Assembly: GCA_964648105.1 (NCBI GenBank)
Contig: CAZYMH010000003.1
Span: forward strand, 91,172-155,171
Length of the DNA: 64,000 bases
DNA from: an uncultured Candidatus Saccharibacteria bacterium
Lineage (GTDB): Bacteria; Patescibacteriota; Saccharimonadia; Saccharimonadales; 2-12-FULL-41-12
Direction of reading: 5' to 3'
Each line of letters starts with the position of its first letter. Within the stretch, counting starts at the first letter, position 1. This document shows, one piece after another, positions 25,450 to 35,109 of this stretch. Under the pieces are notes generated by a model. That model worked only from the letters and a program-made list of their open reading frames with translations. It searched no databases and had not been told where the DNA came from. The translations under genes were made by a program, and so were the position numbers.

Positions 25450-26502
25450 ATGGAAGAAAAAATCAATACATTGCGGAGTGAGCTAAATAATATTCAGACT
25501 AAACTGCAGGAGCCTAGTATTTTTTCTGACCCAACCTACCCCAAACTCGCTAAACGCCAAAAATATCTAGAAGATACTTTGAATATTCACCATGAATTAA
25601 CAAAAGTTAATCAAAATTTGGCAGCTGCCAAAAAACTAACTGATTCTAATGACGAGCTTGCCGAGCTTGCCATGATTGAAATCGAAGAATTATCTGCCAA
25701 GAAACTTTCTCTAAACGAAGAGTTAGAAGAAGCCTTAACGCCTAAAGATCCGAATAATGACCGAGATGTAATCATCGAGATTAGAGCAGCTGCTGGCGGA
25801 GATGAAGCCAGTTTATTCGCTGGAGAATTGTACCGCATGTATGCCAGATGGGCCGAAAATCATGATTATAAGACTGAGCATATTAGTGAATCAGTCAATG
25901 ACACTGGTGGATTTAAAGAAGTATGTTTTGAAGTTCGCGGTGATGAAGCATACAAAATGCTCAAATTTGAAGCTGGCGTTCATCGTGTTCAAAGAGTACC
26001 TGTCACAGAGAGTCAAGGTCGAATCCACACCTCTACCGTGACAGTCGCAGTTATGCCCGAAGCTGAGGAAACTGATTTAGAGATCAATCCGAGCGACTTA
26101 AGAATCGATGTATTTCGCAGTGGCGGACACGGTGGCCAAAGTGTAAATACCACTGACTCTGCTGTGCGAATCACTCACTTGCCAACTAATACAGTAGTTA
26201 CTTGCCAAGACGAAAAATCACAAATCAAAAATAAAGAAAAAGCTATGGGTGTCCTCCGCTCTAGACTTTTGCAAGCTAAAATCGATGCCGAACATAAAGA
26301 ATTGTCTGATGCCCGCCAAAAATTAATTGGCAGCGGCGATCGGAGTGAAAAAATCCGCACTTATAACTTCCCGCAAGACCGTATTACCGATCATCGAATT
26401 GGCTATAGTCGGTCCAATATTCCAGCTGCCCTAGCTGGTGATATTGATGATTTAATAGAAAATCTTCACACCTACGAACGCGAACTAATAAATAAAGAAT
26501 AA
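25450..26502 (+). CDS. prfA: Peptide chain release factor 1
   Basis: PVT tripeptide (RVPVTESQGRIHTS) and GGQ (SGGHGGQSVNTTDSAVRITHLPT). The ORF-track TTG start at 25414 coincides with the -35 box, so ATG 25450 is preferred. Confidence 0.95.
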   Translation: MEEKINTLRSELNNIQTKLQEPSIFSDPTYPKLAKRQKYLEDTLNIHHELTKVNQNLAAAKKLTDSNDELAELAMIEIEELSAKKLSLNEELEEALTPKDPNNDRDVIIEIRAAAGGDEASLFAGELYRMYARWAENHDYKTEHISESVNDTGGFKEVCFEVRGDEAYKMLKFEAGVHRVQRVPVTESQGRIHTSTVTVAVMPEAEETDLEINPSDLRIDVFRSGGHGGQSVNTTDSAVRITHLPTNTVVTCQDEKSQIKNKEKAMGVLRSRLLQAKIDAEHKELSDARQKLIGSGDRSEKIRTYNFPQDRITDHRIGYSRSNIPAALAGDIDDLIENLHTYERELINKE

Positions 26503-26528
26503 AGATTAGTTTATCAATTTCAGTATTG

Positions 26529-27335
26529 TTACTGAGTAAAAACCTGAACTAGACCAGCTGTTTTAAGCAACTTATAGTTAGCAGATTTGGCCAAATTTTC
26601 CATCGGAAAATGTTGTGTGCTTAAACTTTCAGTAATTACTGTTTGTGGATTATTGGCGAGCATATTGATTTGGTTCCAAAACTGCTCATAAACATCAAGT
26701 CCCTGTTTACCGGCGAATAAAGCTTGGCTAGGTTCTTTGTTAATTTCTGGGCTGGTAACTAAATCATCTGGTACATAAGGCAAGTTAGCGATTAGACACG
26801 TACTTTCGGTTAAGTATTTATTGTCAATTTTTAATAAATCAGCCTCCAAAAAAATTATCTCATTGGCTCCAAGTTTTTCAGCGTTTTTCTTGGCAACATC
26901 TAGTGCCTTAGTAGAAACATCAGTAGCAATTACCCGAGAATTAGCAATCTCAAGAGCAACTGTAATTGCCAAGCAACCTGAACCCGTACCAATGTCGATA
27001 AAATCTTTACAAGCTAAACTTTTAACAAAATCGATTATATCTTCAGATTCTGGGCGAGGTATAAGTACACTGTTATTAACTATAAATTCACGGCCATAAA
27101 ACTCTTTTTTACCCAAAATGTACGCTAGTGGCTGCCGACTAAGTCGTTTTTTCAAAATTTGATTTAATGTTTTGATCTGAGCATGAGTTAACCTTTCATC
27201 ATTATGACTCAGAAGCCATGCTTTATTCTGGTTAATCACCGATTCTAAAATTACATAGGCTTCTATCTGAGAAGTCTCTATACCAACTTTTTTTAGTTGG
27301 TTATCGGCATTTGAAATCCAGTCATCAATAGTCAT
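26529..27335 (-). CDS. prmC: Release factor glutamine (N5) methyltransferase PrmC/HemK
   Basis: SAM motif DIGTGSGCLAI. The catalytic motif is present as NLPY (IANLPYVP) rather than the canonical NPPY. Confidence 0.88.
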   Translation of the reverse strand: MTIDDWISNADNQLKKVGIETSQIEAYVILESVINQNKAWLLSHNDERLTHAQIKTLNQILKKRLSRQPLAYILGKKEFYGREFIVNNSVLIPRPESEDIIDFVKSLACKDFIDIGTGSGCLAITVALEIANSRVIATDVSTKALDVAKKNAEKLGANEIIFLEADLLKIDNKYLTESTCLIANLPYVPDDLVTSPEINKEPSQALFAGKQGLDVYEQFWNQINMLANNPQTVITESLSTQHFPMENLAKSANYKLLKTAGLVQVFTQ

Positions 27336-27407
27336 TATTAGACCAAGTATAACAGTTCATAATGATGATTTTATTTGAATTAATAAATTTAGTGTATCTA
27401 GAGAGTT

Positions 27408-28613
27408 TTAATCTTGAGGTGCGGCTTCTAAGGTAACCTGAATTTTTTGTTCATTTTTGTCGCGAATAATCGTTAAGGTTACTTTGTCACCTACAGCATG
27501 TCTCCCCAGTACCGAAACTAGGCTGTTTTTTTCATCTATAGTTTGGTCGTCGACTTTGGTGATAATATCTTTTTCTTTTAGACCCGCTTTTTGGGCTGGG
27601 CTACCATCTACAATCGAGCTTGCACCGTTATTTGCTGGCATAATATAGGCTCCTCTTTTTGTGTCTAGATTGAAGTTATAAGCGTATTCATCATTTAAAA
27701 TTACGTAGCGAACTCCAAGATATGGACGAAGTAATTTGCCGTCTTTGAGAACACTCTTAATTAAACCTTGGACGTCATTAATCGGTATCGAAAATCCAAT
27801 ATTCTCGGCATTGCCAGCTACTGCAGTATTAATCCCAATTACCTCACCATTAATATTTACCAAAGGTCCACCAGAATTTCCTTGGTTAATCGCTGTATCT
27901 GTTTGGAAAAGGTTTTGTAGAGTCTCTGAACTGTTGGAATCGCCTGCTTCGACACTTCGACCATAGCCAGAGATAATGCCGCTAGTAACAGTATTTTGGA
28001 ATTGACCTAGGGCATTTCCAATTGCCACTACCTTATCGCCAACTTGGACTTTTGATGAATCGCCTAGTTTGACAGCTTTCAGTGTTTTATTTTTTTTGTC
28101 TTTTACTTTTAGGAACGCAATGTCGAGCGAATCATTATCATTCGTACGACCAATTACTTCAATACTGTCTAAGGTTGTGCCATCAGATAAAGTAACCGAT
28201 ACTGATGAAGTTCCAGATGCCACCACGTGACGATTAGTGACAATAATACCTTTGTCAGCATCTACGACAAAACCTGTACCTGCACTTTTTTGCTGGTATG
28301 ACCTTGTGCCAAAAATCAAATTTGATGTGGCATTAGAAGTAACATTAACTGATACCACAGCTTCGCCAACATCTTTGGCAATATTTGTAATAAGTTGACT
28401 CTCGCTATTAATAACTTGTCGGTTGGCCTGAGTGTTTGCGGTATTAACATCAATTTTGCGTTGAGAACCACCATAATAGCCACCAAAAAATCCAGCTACA
28501 ACACTGGTTAATAATAGCAATAAAACTTTTGGTGATAGGCTTTTATTTTTAGGTTTTTGATCTTTTACTTTTTCAACTGTCGAAACAGATTTTTGTGAAT
28601 TTTCTTCTTGCAT
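27408..28613 (-). CDS. htrA: HtrA/DegP-family serine protease with one PDZ domain, membrane anchored
   Basis: N-terminal TM. Catalytic triad context TNRHVV, D..LDIAFLKV, GNSGGPLVN. C-terminal PDZ (GSPAQKAGLKEKDIITKVD). Confidence 0.92.
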   Translation of the reverse strand: MQEENSQKSVSTVEKVKDQKPKNKSLSPKVLLLLLTSVVAGFFGGYYGGSQRKIDVNTANTQANRQVINSESQLITNIAKDVGEAVVSVNVTSNATSNLIFGTRSYQQKSAGTGFVVDADKGIIVTNRHVVASGTSSVSVTLSDGTTLDSIEVIGRTNDNDSLDIAFLKVKDKKNKTLKAVKLGDSSKVQVGDKVVAIGNALGQFQNTVTSGIISGYGRSVEAGDSNSSETLQNLFQTDTAINQGNSGGPLVNINGEVIGINTAVAGNAENIGFSIPINDVQGLIKSVLKDGKLLRPYLGVRYVILNDEYAYNFNLDTKRGAYIMPANNGASSIVDGSPAQKAGLKEKDIITKVDDQTIDEKNSLVSVLGRHAVGDKVTLTIIRDKNEQKIQVTLEAAPQD

Positions 28614-28655
28614 AATTATATTATAGTCCTACTCTTACTTAGAAAATACTGAGAA

Positions 28656-29417
28656 TTATTTGATTACCCCTTCGCCTCGCCAATTGGAGAAAAACAGCAT
28701 AATAAAAACTACTATCAAGGTAGCAAAAATAATTTGGCGTCGTACCATATCTGTTAATCGATCGTGTTCATGCATATAATACAATCCACCTAATCCATAA
28801 CCAATAACCCCTACATAAGCTGCTGGCTGAGCAACAGGCCCGTAAAAAAATAGCCAGTGATTCAAAATCCATAGCAAGCTACCTACAAAAAATACCCATA
28901 AATAAACGTATTTTTTGGCCGCAGGTTCATCAAAAGTACCAAAATAATGTCTACCCACAAAATATGAGATCAACATACCGACAATAACATAAATTATTAC
29001 CTCAATTTCACGGAAGCATAAATACATTGCCACTAGACCCATAAATTGGGCGACTAAAGCTTGTAGAGTAACATAAAAAACTGACTCGCGAGGCTTGATA
29101 ACTAGCACCCAAAATTCGTACAAAGTTAGCCAGATTAACTGCCAATACATGCTGTCTCGAACCGCCACCATAAAACCCACAAAAGATAATCCGACAATAA
29201 TATCAACTGCATTAGTACGTATGTGCGATAACCAATAACGTGGATTGATCGCAAAAATCCGCCATTTACTAATAATCACTATGCCGATTGCTAACAAAAT
29301 AAAGTCTAAACGAACAAAAATATAAGCTAAAATCGGAAAGATAATTACCAAAAGTAAATGAGCAACATGTGCATAACCTTTAGCAGGCTTTACTTTACCT
29401 AAAGCTTTTTTGACCAC
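28656..29417 (-). CDS. Polytopic integral membrane protein, unknown function
   Basis: About 8 hydrophobic spans. GTG start with an AAGGAG SD 8 nt upstream. Family not recognised. Confidence 0.6.
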   Translation of the reverse strand: MVKKALGKVKPAKGYAHVAHLLLVIIFPILAYIFVRLDFILLAIGIVIISKWRIFAINPRYWLSHIRTNAVDIIVGLSFVGFMVAVRDSMYWQLIWLTLYEFWVLVIKPRESVFYVTLQALVAQFMGLVAMYLCFREIEVIIYVIVGMLISYFVGRHYFGTFDEPAAKKYVYLWVFFVGSLLWILNHWLFFYGPVAQPAAYVGVIGYGLGGLYYMHEHDRLTDMVRRQIIFATLIVVFIMLFFSNWRGEGVIK

Positions 29418-29440
29418 TTTAGAACTCCTTTATAAACTTT

Positions 29441-31114
29441 TTATCTAGCTTGGTCGCTGCCAAGTATTATAACAAAATCTGAATCACCTGGCGATATAGA
29501 GGCATCTGGCAAATTACTTTGAGTTGATACATTGAATCGCTTTTCTAAATAATTTTTTGTGTATTTCTTTTGTCCAGAACGCATATCGACGATGATTGTC
29601 GTGGTCAGATTTTTGATTGGTGAGTTAGCCACCCCTGTAATATTATACCCAAAAGATTTTAATTCTTCGGCTTTTTTGGACGCTAAACCAGCTGTAGCAG
29701 TCCCATTAAGTACCATAATTGATGCATTTTCATTACGTATATAACTATCTTTAAGCACATTTCTGAGATAGCTTTGAATTTGAGAATAATCATTCAAGCC
29801 TGCCGTTGGCACAACATATGAAATACCCGCAATTGACTGTGTAGACACATAACTATTCGGCGGATCAGACAGTCCAACGGAAGCAATTTTATTACCAGGA
29901 ATTTGTTGACTTAATTGATACAACCTTTGTAAATCTTGAGTGTTGAAGTTGGTTTGAACATGGTCGCCAAATGTTGTAAGCAAATTAGAAATTTTTTGTG
30001 GATTACTGAAGGTTGATGGAGACATAATTTTGTCTTTGAGTGCCGTGATCATCACTCGTTGCCGCTCAGATCGGTCAAAATCGCCGCGAGGACTAGTGTG
30101 ACGTGACCGGGCATAAGCCAATGCTTTAAAGCCGTCCATATGTTGCTGGCCAGTTTTTACATCTAGAAAATAATTTTGGCCATTAATTCTCATTTGTTCT
30201 TGAACAGATGATGGTGCATTAAAATCGATCCCACCAACGTTGTTAACTGCCTGTTCAAAACCATTAAAATCCACCATTAAATGATAATGAACAGGAATTC
30301 CTAGAGTGTCCTCAACTGTACTTTCCAACAGATTAAAACCTGCATTTTCGGCATCTTTTTTAGATAATTTATTAAGATTGGTTGATTTGTTATAAGCTGC
30401 TTCTTTACCTTCCGAAAAAACCGAATTTATTTTTGTGTAAGCACCACTGTTGTTGGCTTTTACCCTTAGGTCTCTAGGTATACTAACCAAAGCTGCATCT
30501 TTAGCAACTGGATCAATACTAGCTAGAATTATTGTATCTGTTAAATCAGCCCCGTCATGACCTTCGCCGCCTCTCCCAAGTAGCAAAATATTCACTCGCC
30601 CGTTGCCTTCTCCATTCAGTTTAGAAGGATCAACATTTTCCTCTAAGGCCGCAGCACTACCGCCACCTTGCAAAACTTTACCTAGTGCAATGTATCCTTT
30701 ATAAAATAAAAAGCCAGTAATCAGAGCAACAATAATAAATAGGATAAGTATTACTCGGAAAATTTTCTTCTTTTTGCTTGCAGGTTTTTTGTTACGACGC
30801 CTAAATAGACCTCTTTTTGGCTTAGGTTGCTCGCTATTATTAGCATTGTTAGAATAATTCGGTTGATTTATTTTTTGGTTTTGGTTGCTAGTTCTTATCT
30901 GTTTTTGCTGAATTGGGTAAAATCCACCAGGCTTAATAGTATCAGCTGATTCTCTTTTTGTTATATCGCCAATTGGGGTTTGGCGACGGTTGTTAACTCC
31001 TATGGGTTGATTGTCGGCGGTTCTGCCAAAGCGATTTTTTGATGAACTAAAACCATCGACAGACATGCCTCGTCCACTAGTATTACGACTATTTAAATTC
31101 GGATTTTGATTCAT
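29441..31114 (-). CDS. LytR-CpsA-Psr (LCP) family cell-wall polymer transferase
   Basis: A basic/disordered N-terminus and a single TM, then the LCP core NILLLGRGGEGHDGADLTDTIILASIDP...VSIPRDL...R.R....GDFDR..RQ. The ORF could start at 31168; ATG 31114 is preferred. Confidence 0.88.
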   Translation of the reverse strand: MNQNPNLNSRNTSGRGMSVDGFSSSKNRFGRTADNQPIGVNNRRQTPIGDITKRESADTIKPGGFYPIQQKQIRTSNQNQKINQPNYSNNANNSEQPKPKRGLFRRRNKKPASKKKKIFRVILILFIIVALITGFLFYKGYIALGKVLQGGGSAAALEENVDPSKLNGEGNGRVNILLLGRGGEGHDGADLTDTIILASIDPVAKDAALVSIPRDLRVKANNSGAYTKINSVFSEGKEAAYNKSTNLNKLSKKDAENAGFNLLESTVEDTLGIPVHYHLMVDFNGFEQAVNNVGGIDFNAPSSVQEQMRINGQNYFLDVKTGQQHMDGFKALAYARSRHTSPRGDFDRSERQRVMITALKDKIMSPSTFSNPQKISNLLTTFGDHVQTNFNTQDLQRLYQLSQQIPGNKIASVGLSDPPNSYVSTQSIAGISYVVPTAGLNDYSQIQSYLRNVLKDSYIRNENASIMVLNGTATAGLASKKAEELKSFGYNITGVANSPIKNLTTTIIVDMRSGQKKYTKNYLEKRFNVSTQSNLPDASISPGDSDFVIILGSDQAR

Positions 31115-31200
31115 AAAGTTATTTAATAAGTATAGCTTTTTATATTTTATTCGTAAACCCATAAACATAAGTATTTTTTTATGATAATCTATATAAGACT

Positions 31201-31881
31201 ATGTACCCAGATACCTATAAACAGTCAGATAACTCTGATAATCAAACACCCAGCTATCAAAATTTCCCAGTTAGTCCACCACCTGAATATCGTCAATCAA
31301 TATTCGGTAGTATTAAAGATAACTTAAGCACGATTTTGATTCTTTTAGCTGCTCCTACTTTGGCTATTTTAATCACTATGTTTATGTTTCGGACATATCA
31401 AGTTGATGGCCCGAGCATGGAGACTACTCTTCAAGATAAAGATCGATTGATTGTTAATAAACTACCTGTTTCAATATCTAAAATTACTCATCATACTTAT
31501 GTTCCTCATAGATATGACATAATTATTTTCAATCACAAAGGCCAGTTTAATAGCTTTGGTGTTATCCAAAAAAAGCAACTTATCAAACGCGTAATCGGCT
31601 TGCCAGGTGACAGAGTAGTTGTAAAAAGCGGTTCAGTATCAATCTTTAACAAAGAACACCCCAATGGTTTTTTAGTCGATAAATTTGGTCCTGAAGATGC
31701 TGTGATCGACACTACTGAAGGTAATATTGATCAAACTGTTGGCCAAAATGAAATATTTGTTATGGGCGACAACCGACTTAGATCATTAGACTCTAGAGCT
31801 TTAGGAACAGTCAGTACCAAAGATATTGTTGGCAAGCTCGAAGTTAGAATATATCCATTTTCGAAATGGCAAACTTATTAG
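31201..31881 (+). CDS. lepB: Signal peptidase I
   Basis: Catalytic Ser box GPSMETTL, Lys box KRVIGLPGD, and GDNRLRSLDSR. Confidence 0.93.
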   Translation: MYPDTYKQSDNSDNQTPSYQNFPVSPPPEYRQSIFGSIKDNLSTILILLAAPTLAILITMFMFRTYQVDGPSMETTLQDKDRLIVNKLPVSISKITHHTYVPHRYDIIIFNHKGQFNSFGVIQKKQLIKRVIGLPGDRVVVKSGSVSIFNKEHPNGFLVDKFGPEDAVIDTTEGNIDQTVGQNEIFVMGDNRLRSLDSRALGTVSTKDIVGKLEVRIYPFSKWQTY

Positions 31882-31897
31882 TCTATAAAGAGTTAAA

Positions 31898-32764
31898 TTA
31901 TCGAACTTCGTCTAAAAACTGAGTAAATTCTTTGTTCGTTTTGAATGAAAAGGTTACTTTATGCACTTTACCCGAGTGAGATATTTTAACCGAACCACCG
32001 TATTTATTTTTGAGGCTGTCTTGATAGTTTTTGTCCTGTGCTTGTTTGGATACCGAAGTAACCTTTTTTGAATTAGGTTTTTTTGGATTGGAAGTTTTAT
32101 TATCTCTAGCAAATTCTTCTGCCTTTCGTACGCTCCAACCTTGATTGACTATATTATCTACCAACATTTTTTGCATTGATTGATTGCCAGTGAGCGATAA
32201 GACTGAGCGAGCATGACCTTCTGATATCTTACCTTTATATAAAGCCTCGCGAGCAAAATCAGGCAATTCCAGAAGTCGTACAATATTTATTACAGTGGTG
32301 GTTGCTTTGCCTAATCTCTCTGCAATTTGTTCAATGTTCATACTAAATTGTTCATTTAACCTAGCTATCGAGAGAGCTTGATCAAGTGGGTTTAAATCTA
32401 CTCGTTGCATATTTTCGACAAGTCCAATTTCTAGTCGCTCAAGTTCTTGGAGTGAGCGAACAATAACTGGTAAATGGCTGAGTCCAGCATCAATTGCTGC
32501 TTTATATCTTCTTTCACCCGCAACAATAATGTAATTATTATTGTCTTGAATTACCACCAGTGGTTGCAAAATACCATATTGTTTAATTGATTGGGCTAGC
32601 TCTGATATTGATTGAGTGTCAAATGATCTTCGAGGTTGATTAGGGTCAGGCTTAATATCCTGAATTAGTACTTTTTGTATTCGCTCATCTTTGTTGAGTA
32701 AAACACTGTTATCAAAATCATCAGGTAGCAAGCTTCCGAATCCTTTGCCTAAACCTCTTTTCAT
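31898..32764 (-). CDS. parB: Chromosome partitioning protein ParB
   Basis: KRGLGKGFGSLL N-terminus, the ParB box IVAGERRYKAA, and an HTH region. Confidence 0.93.
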   Translation of the reverse strand: MKRGLGKGFGSLLPDDFDNSVLLNKDERIQKVLIQDIKPDPNQPRRSFDTQSISELAQSIKQYGILQPLVVIQDNNNYIIVAGERRYKAAIDAGLSHLPVIVRSLQELERLEIGLVENMQRVDLNPLDQALSIARLNEQFSMNIEQIAERLGKATTTVINIVRLLELPDFAREALYKGKISEGHARSVLSLTGNQSMQKMLVDNIVNQGWSVRKAEEFARDNKTSNPKKPNSKKVTSVSKQAQDKNYQDSLKNKYGGSVKISHSGKVHKVTFSFKTNKEFTQFLDEVR

Positions 32765-33555
32765 TACTTATTCCCCTTATTATTTACAGTTTTTTGCAAT
32801 ATTTCTTTAGCTAATGACTTATAGGCTCTTGCACCTTTGCTCCATTTATCATATTCATCTATCGACTTGCCATAGCTAGGTGCCTCGGCTAAACGCACAT
32901 TTCGTGGAATAGTAGTGGTAAATAATTTGTTACCAAAATGTTTATTCACTTCATCATATACTTGCCGTGATAATGAATTACGTTTATCATACATGGTTAT
33001 CAATACTCCCAATAATTCTAAATTGGAATTGAATTGAGCTTGAACATGTCTCATTACTTGTAATAATTGGCTCAGGCCTTCGAGGGCGTAATACTCTGAT
33101 TGAACTGGTATCAAAACTTTATTTGCTGCTGTTAGTGCATTGATAGTTAGCAATCCGAGAGCTGGCGGACAATCAATAATAATAAAATCGTAATCCGAAA
33201 TAATATTTTGTAGAGAGTTTTTTAGGATTTTTTCCCTGTCTTTTAGATTAGATATATCGATTTCGGCACTGGCCAATCGAGCGTTAGCTGGGAGTAAAAA
33301 AAGATTATTAACATTCGTTGGTTGGACTACCTTTTGTGGGTCGAGACCCGAAACTAGTACGTCGCACAATGTTTGGTTAATTGTCTGTTTGTCAATCCCG
33401 ACTCCACTTGTTGCGTTAGCTTGAGGGTCAGCGTCAATCAATAATACCTTGTTTTTTGATTTGGCCAAAAGTGCCGCCAAATTAATAGCGGTGGTAGTTT
33501 TACCTACACCTCCCTTTTGATTAAGTATAGCAATTATTTGATTTGACATTACCAT
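32764..33555 (-). CDS. parA: Chromosome partitioning ATPase ParA/Soj
   Basis: Deviant Walker A NQKGGVGKTT and DCPPALG. It overlaps the parB start by 1 nt. Confidence 0.94.
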   Translation of the reverse strand: MVMSNQIIAILNQKGGVGKTTTAINLAALLAKSKNKVLLIDADPQANATSGVGIDKQTINQTLCDVLVSGLDPQKVVQPTNVNNLFLLPANARLASAEIDISNLKDREKILKNSLQNIISDYDFIIIDCPPALGLLTINALTAANKVLIPVQSEYYALEGLSQLLQVMRHVQAQFNSNLELLGVLITMYDKRNSLSRQVYDEVNKHFGNKLFTTTIPRNVRLAEAPSYGKSIDEYDKWSKGARAYKSLAKEILQKTVNNKGNK

Positions 33556-33603
33556 AAGTATATAAATAAATTATACCCTAAAGCTTAAGTGTTAACTAAT
33601 AAA

Positions 33604-35100
33604 TTATATGTGACGCCGCATAATTAGTGCGGCCAATATACCAGCGACAGACAATATTTGAGCCGTACTAAAAATAATGAAAATTGGTTTAGAAACTTTA
33701 GTTTTAGGTAACGGCCCCAGACCAATATCGATATAATTAGCCTGTTTAGCCATAGGATTTGGGTAATTTTGTATATTTGTATAATCATTAATATCGGATT
33801 GCGTGATCTCGCTTTGATCAATCACGTTATCACCATTTTTGTCGATCGCTATATCATCTTTACCATCTCCATTGAAATCGGCTTTGAGTTCACCACTGTT
33901 TCCAACTCTTTGAATATCACTAGTGATTCTTGTTGTTGTTTGAGAATTATTGGACGAAGTGGGCGTAGGCGTCGGAGTTGGGGTCGGAGCTGGGGTCGGC
34001 GAAGGAGTTGGGGTTGGTGTAGGTGTCGGAGTTGGGGTGGGAGCTGGAGCTGCAACTTGTGGTCCATAACCTGCACATGGACTACCTGATTTAAGTGTAA
34101 AATCTTTGCCAGCTCGATTGTTATACATCGGATCCGCCACCACTTTGTTGCCAGAATAACTAAAGCCACCATTTACAGCACTAATATTACTATTCGATGA
34201 ACTAGCTAAACAATTATTATTGGCAACGTTGCCAGAACCAACTGGTCCGCCCCACCATGACTCGATATTTGCACCAAGGCCATTGTTATAGGTAATGATA
34301 TTATTTTGGACGATATTGTTACTGGAAGGTTCTGACGATTCACCCGAAAAAGTAACTCCCCGTTTGAAACCATCTACAACATTATATTCAAATACTACCC
34401 CTTGTGAATAAGGATAAAATTGAATGCCAAAATCAGGTCCATCATATAGGTAATTGTTGGTGATTTTAGTAACAGGACTGCTGGCCGTGTAAGCAACATA
34501 AATTGCCTGATCATGAACTACACTACCGCAGTTGTGAATTTTGTTACCATCGACTATCAGCCCTGAGACTTGGTAAACATAAGTAGGTGGAATTCGTGTA
34601 CCAATATTAAGACAAATGCCACGGCTGCCTGGATTGGTAATGTCATTAGACTGGATCGTGACATTATTTGAATTAACCAAAATGCCAGCTTGACCTTGTC
34701 CTCTTCCCTGTAGTCTTAGATATTGCAAACGTGAATTATCTGAACCAGGCTTGAATTCGATCTGGCCATAAATGTAAGCTTTATTATTAGGATCTTTGGA
34801 AGTAATATTGATATTTTTGTTAACAATCAAATCCTCACTGTAGCTTCCGCCGTTGAGGCATAGCATGGCACCAGGCGAGATCGAATTAAGAGCAGTATTA
34901 ATCGACCCACTCGATATTTCTTTGGCACAAGCTATTGGTGCTACCGCCGCTCGACTCGAGCGAGATTTTAAGACAATAAAGCCTGAAATCAAGCCCGAAA
35001 AACTTATTACTCCCAAAACAAAAATAATAAAAAACCACGAATTATATAACATTACTTTTTTATCGACTTTTTGGTGCTGACTAAATGATTCTTGTTGCAT
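33604..35100 (-). CDS. Membrane-anchored right-handed parallel beta-helix protein (polysaccharide lyase/hydrolase-like)
   Basis: N-terminal TM. About 300 aa of beta-helix coils (NVTIQSNDITN, IVDGNKIHNCG, IVQNNIITYNNG, NVANNNCL). A (P-T/S/A)n linker. A D/N-rich Ca-binding-like stretch (FNGDGKDDIAIDKNGDNVIDQSE). The C-terminus carries LPKTK, a hydrophobic span and RRH. A GAGGTAAG SD begins 1 nt after the giant gene stop codon; the two ORFs are separated by a 9-nt gap. Confidence 0.75.
   Translation of the reverse strand: MQQESFSQHQKVDKKVMLYNSWFFIIFVLGVISFSGLISGFIVLKSRSSRAAVAPIACAKEISSGSINTALNSISPGAMLCLNGGSYSEDLIVNKNINITSKDPNNKAYIYGQIEFKPGSDNSRLQYLRLQGRGQGQAGILVNSNNVTIQSNDITNPGSRGICLNIGTRIPPTYVYQVSGLIVDGNKIHNCGSVVHDQAIYVAYTASSPVTKITNNYLYDGPDFGIQFYPYSQGVVFEYNVVDGFKRGVTFSGESSEPSSNNIVQNNIITYNNGLGANIESWWGGPVGSGNVANNNCLASSSNSNISAVNGGFSYSGNKVVADPMYNNRAGKDFTLKSGSPCAGYGPQVAAPAPTPTPTPTPTPTPSPTPAPTPTPTPTPTSSNNSQTTTRITSDIQRVGNSGELKADFNGDGKDDIAIDKNGDNVIDQSEITQSDINDYTNIQNYPNPMAKQANYIDIGLGPLPKTKVSKPIFIIFSTAQILSVAGILAALIMRRHI
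33958..34050 (-). repeat. Low-complexity (Pro-Thr/Ser/Ala)n linker-coding repeat
   Basis: Encodes APAPTPTPTPTPTPTPSPTPAPTPTPTPTPTSS. The DNA consists of GGNGTN-type dinucleotide-codon repeats. Confidence 0.9.
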
Positions 35101-35109
35101 ACTTACCTC

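Noticed and set aside
33958-34050. GGNGTN-rich DNA repeat that looks like a microsatellite
   Set aside because: It is fully explained as the coding sequence of a (Pro-Thr)n interdomain linker. The antisense ORFs here (33769-34089 on the plus strand, 33849-34172 on the minus strand) are artefacts of it.
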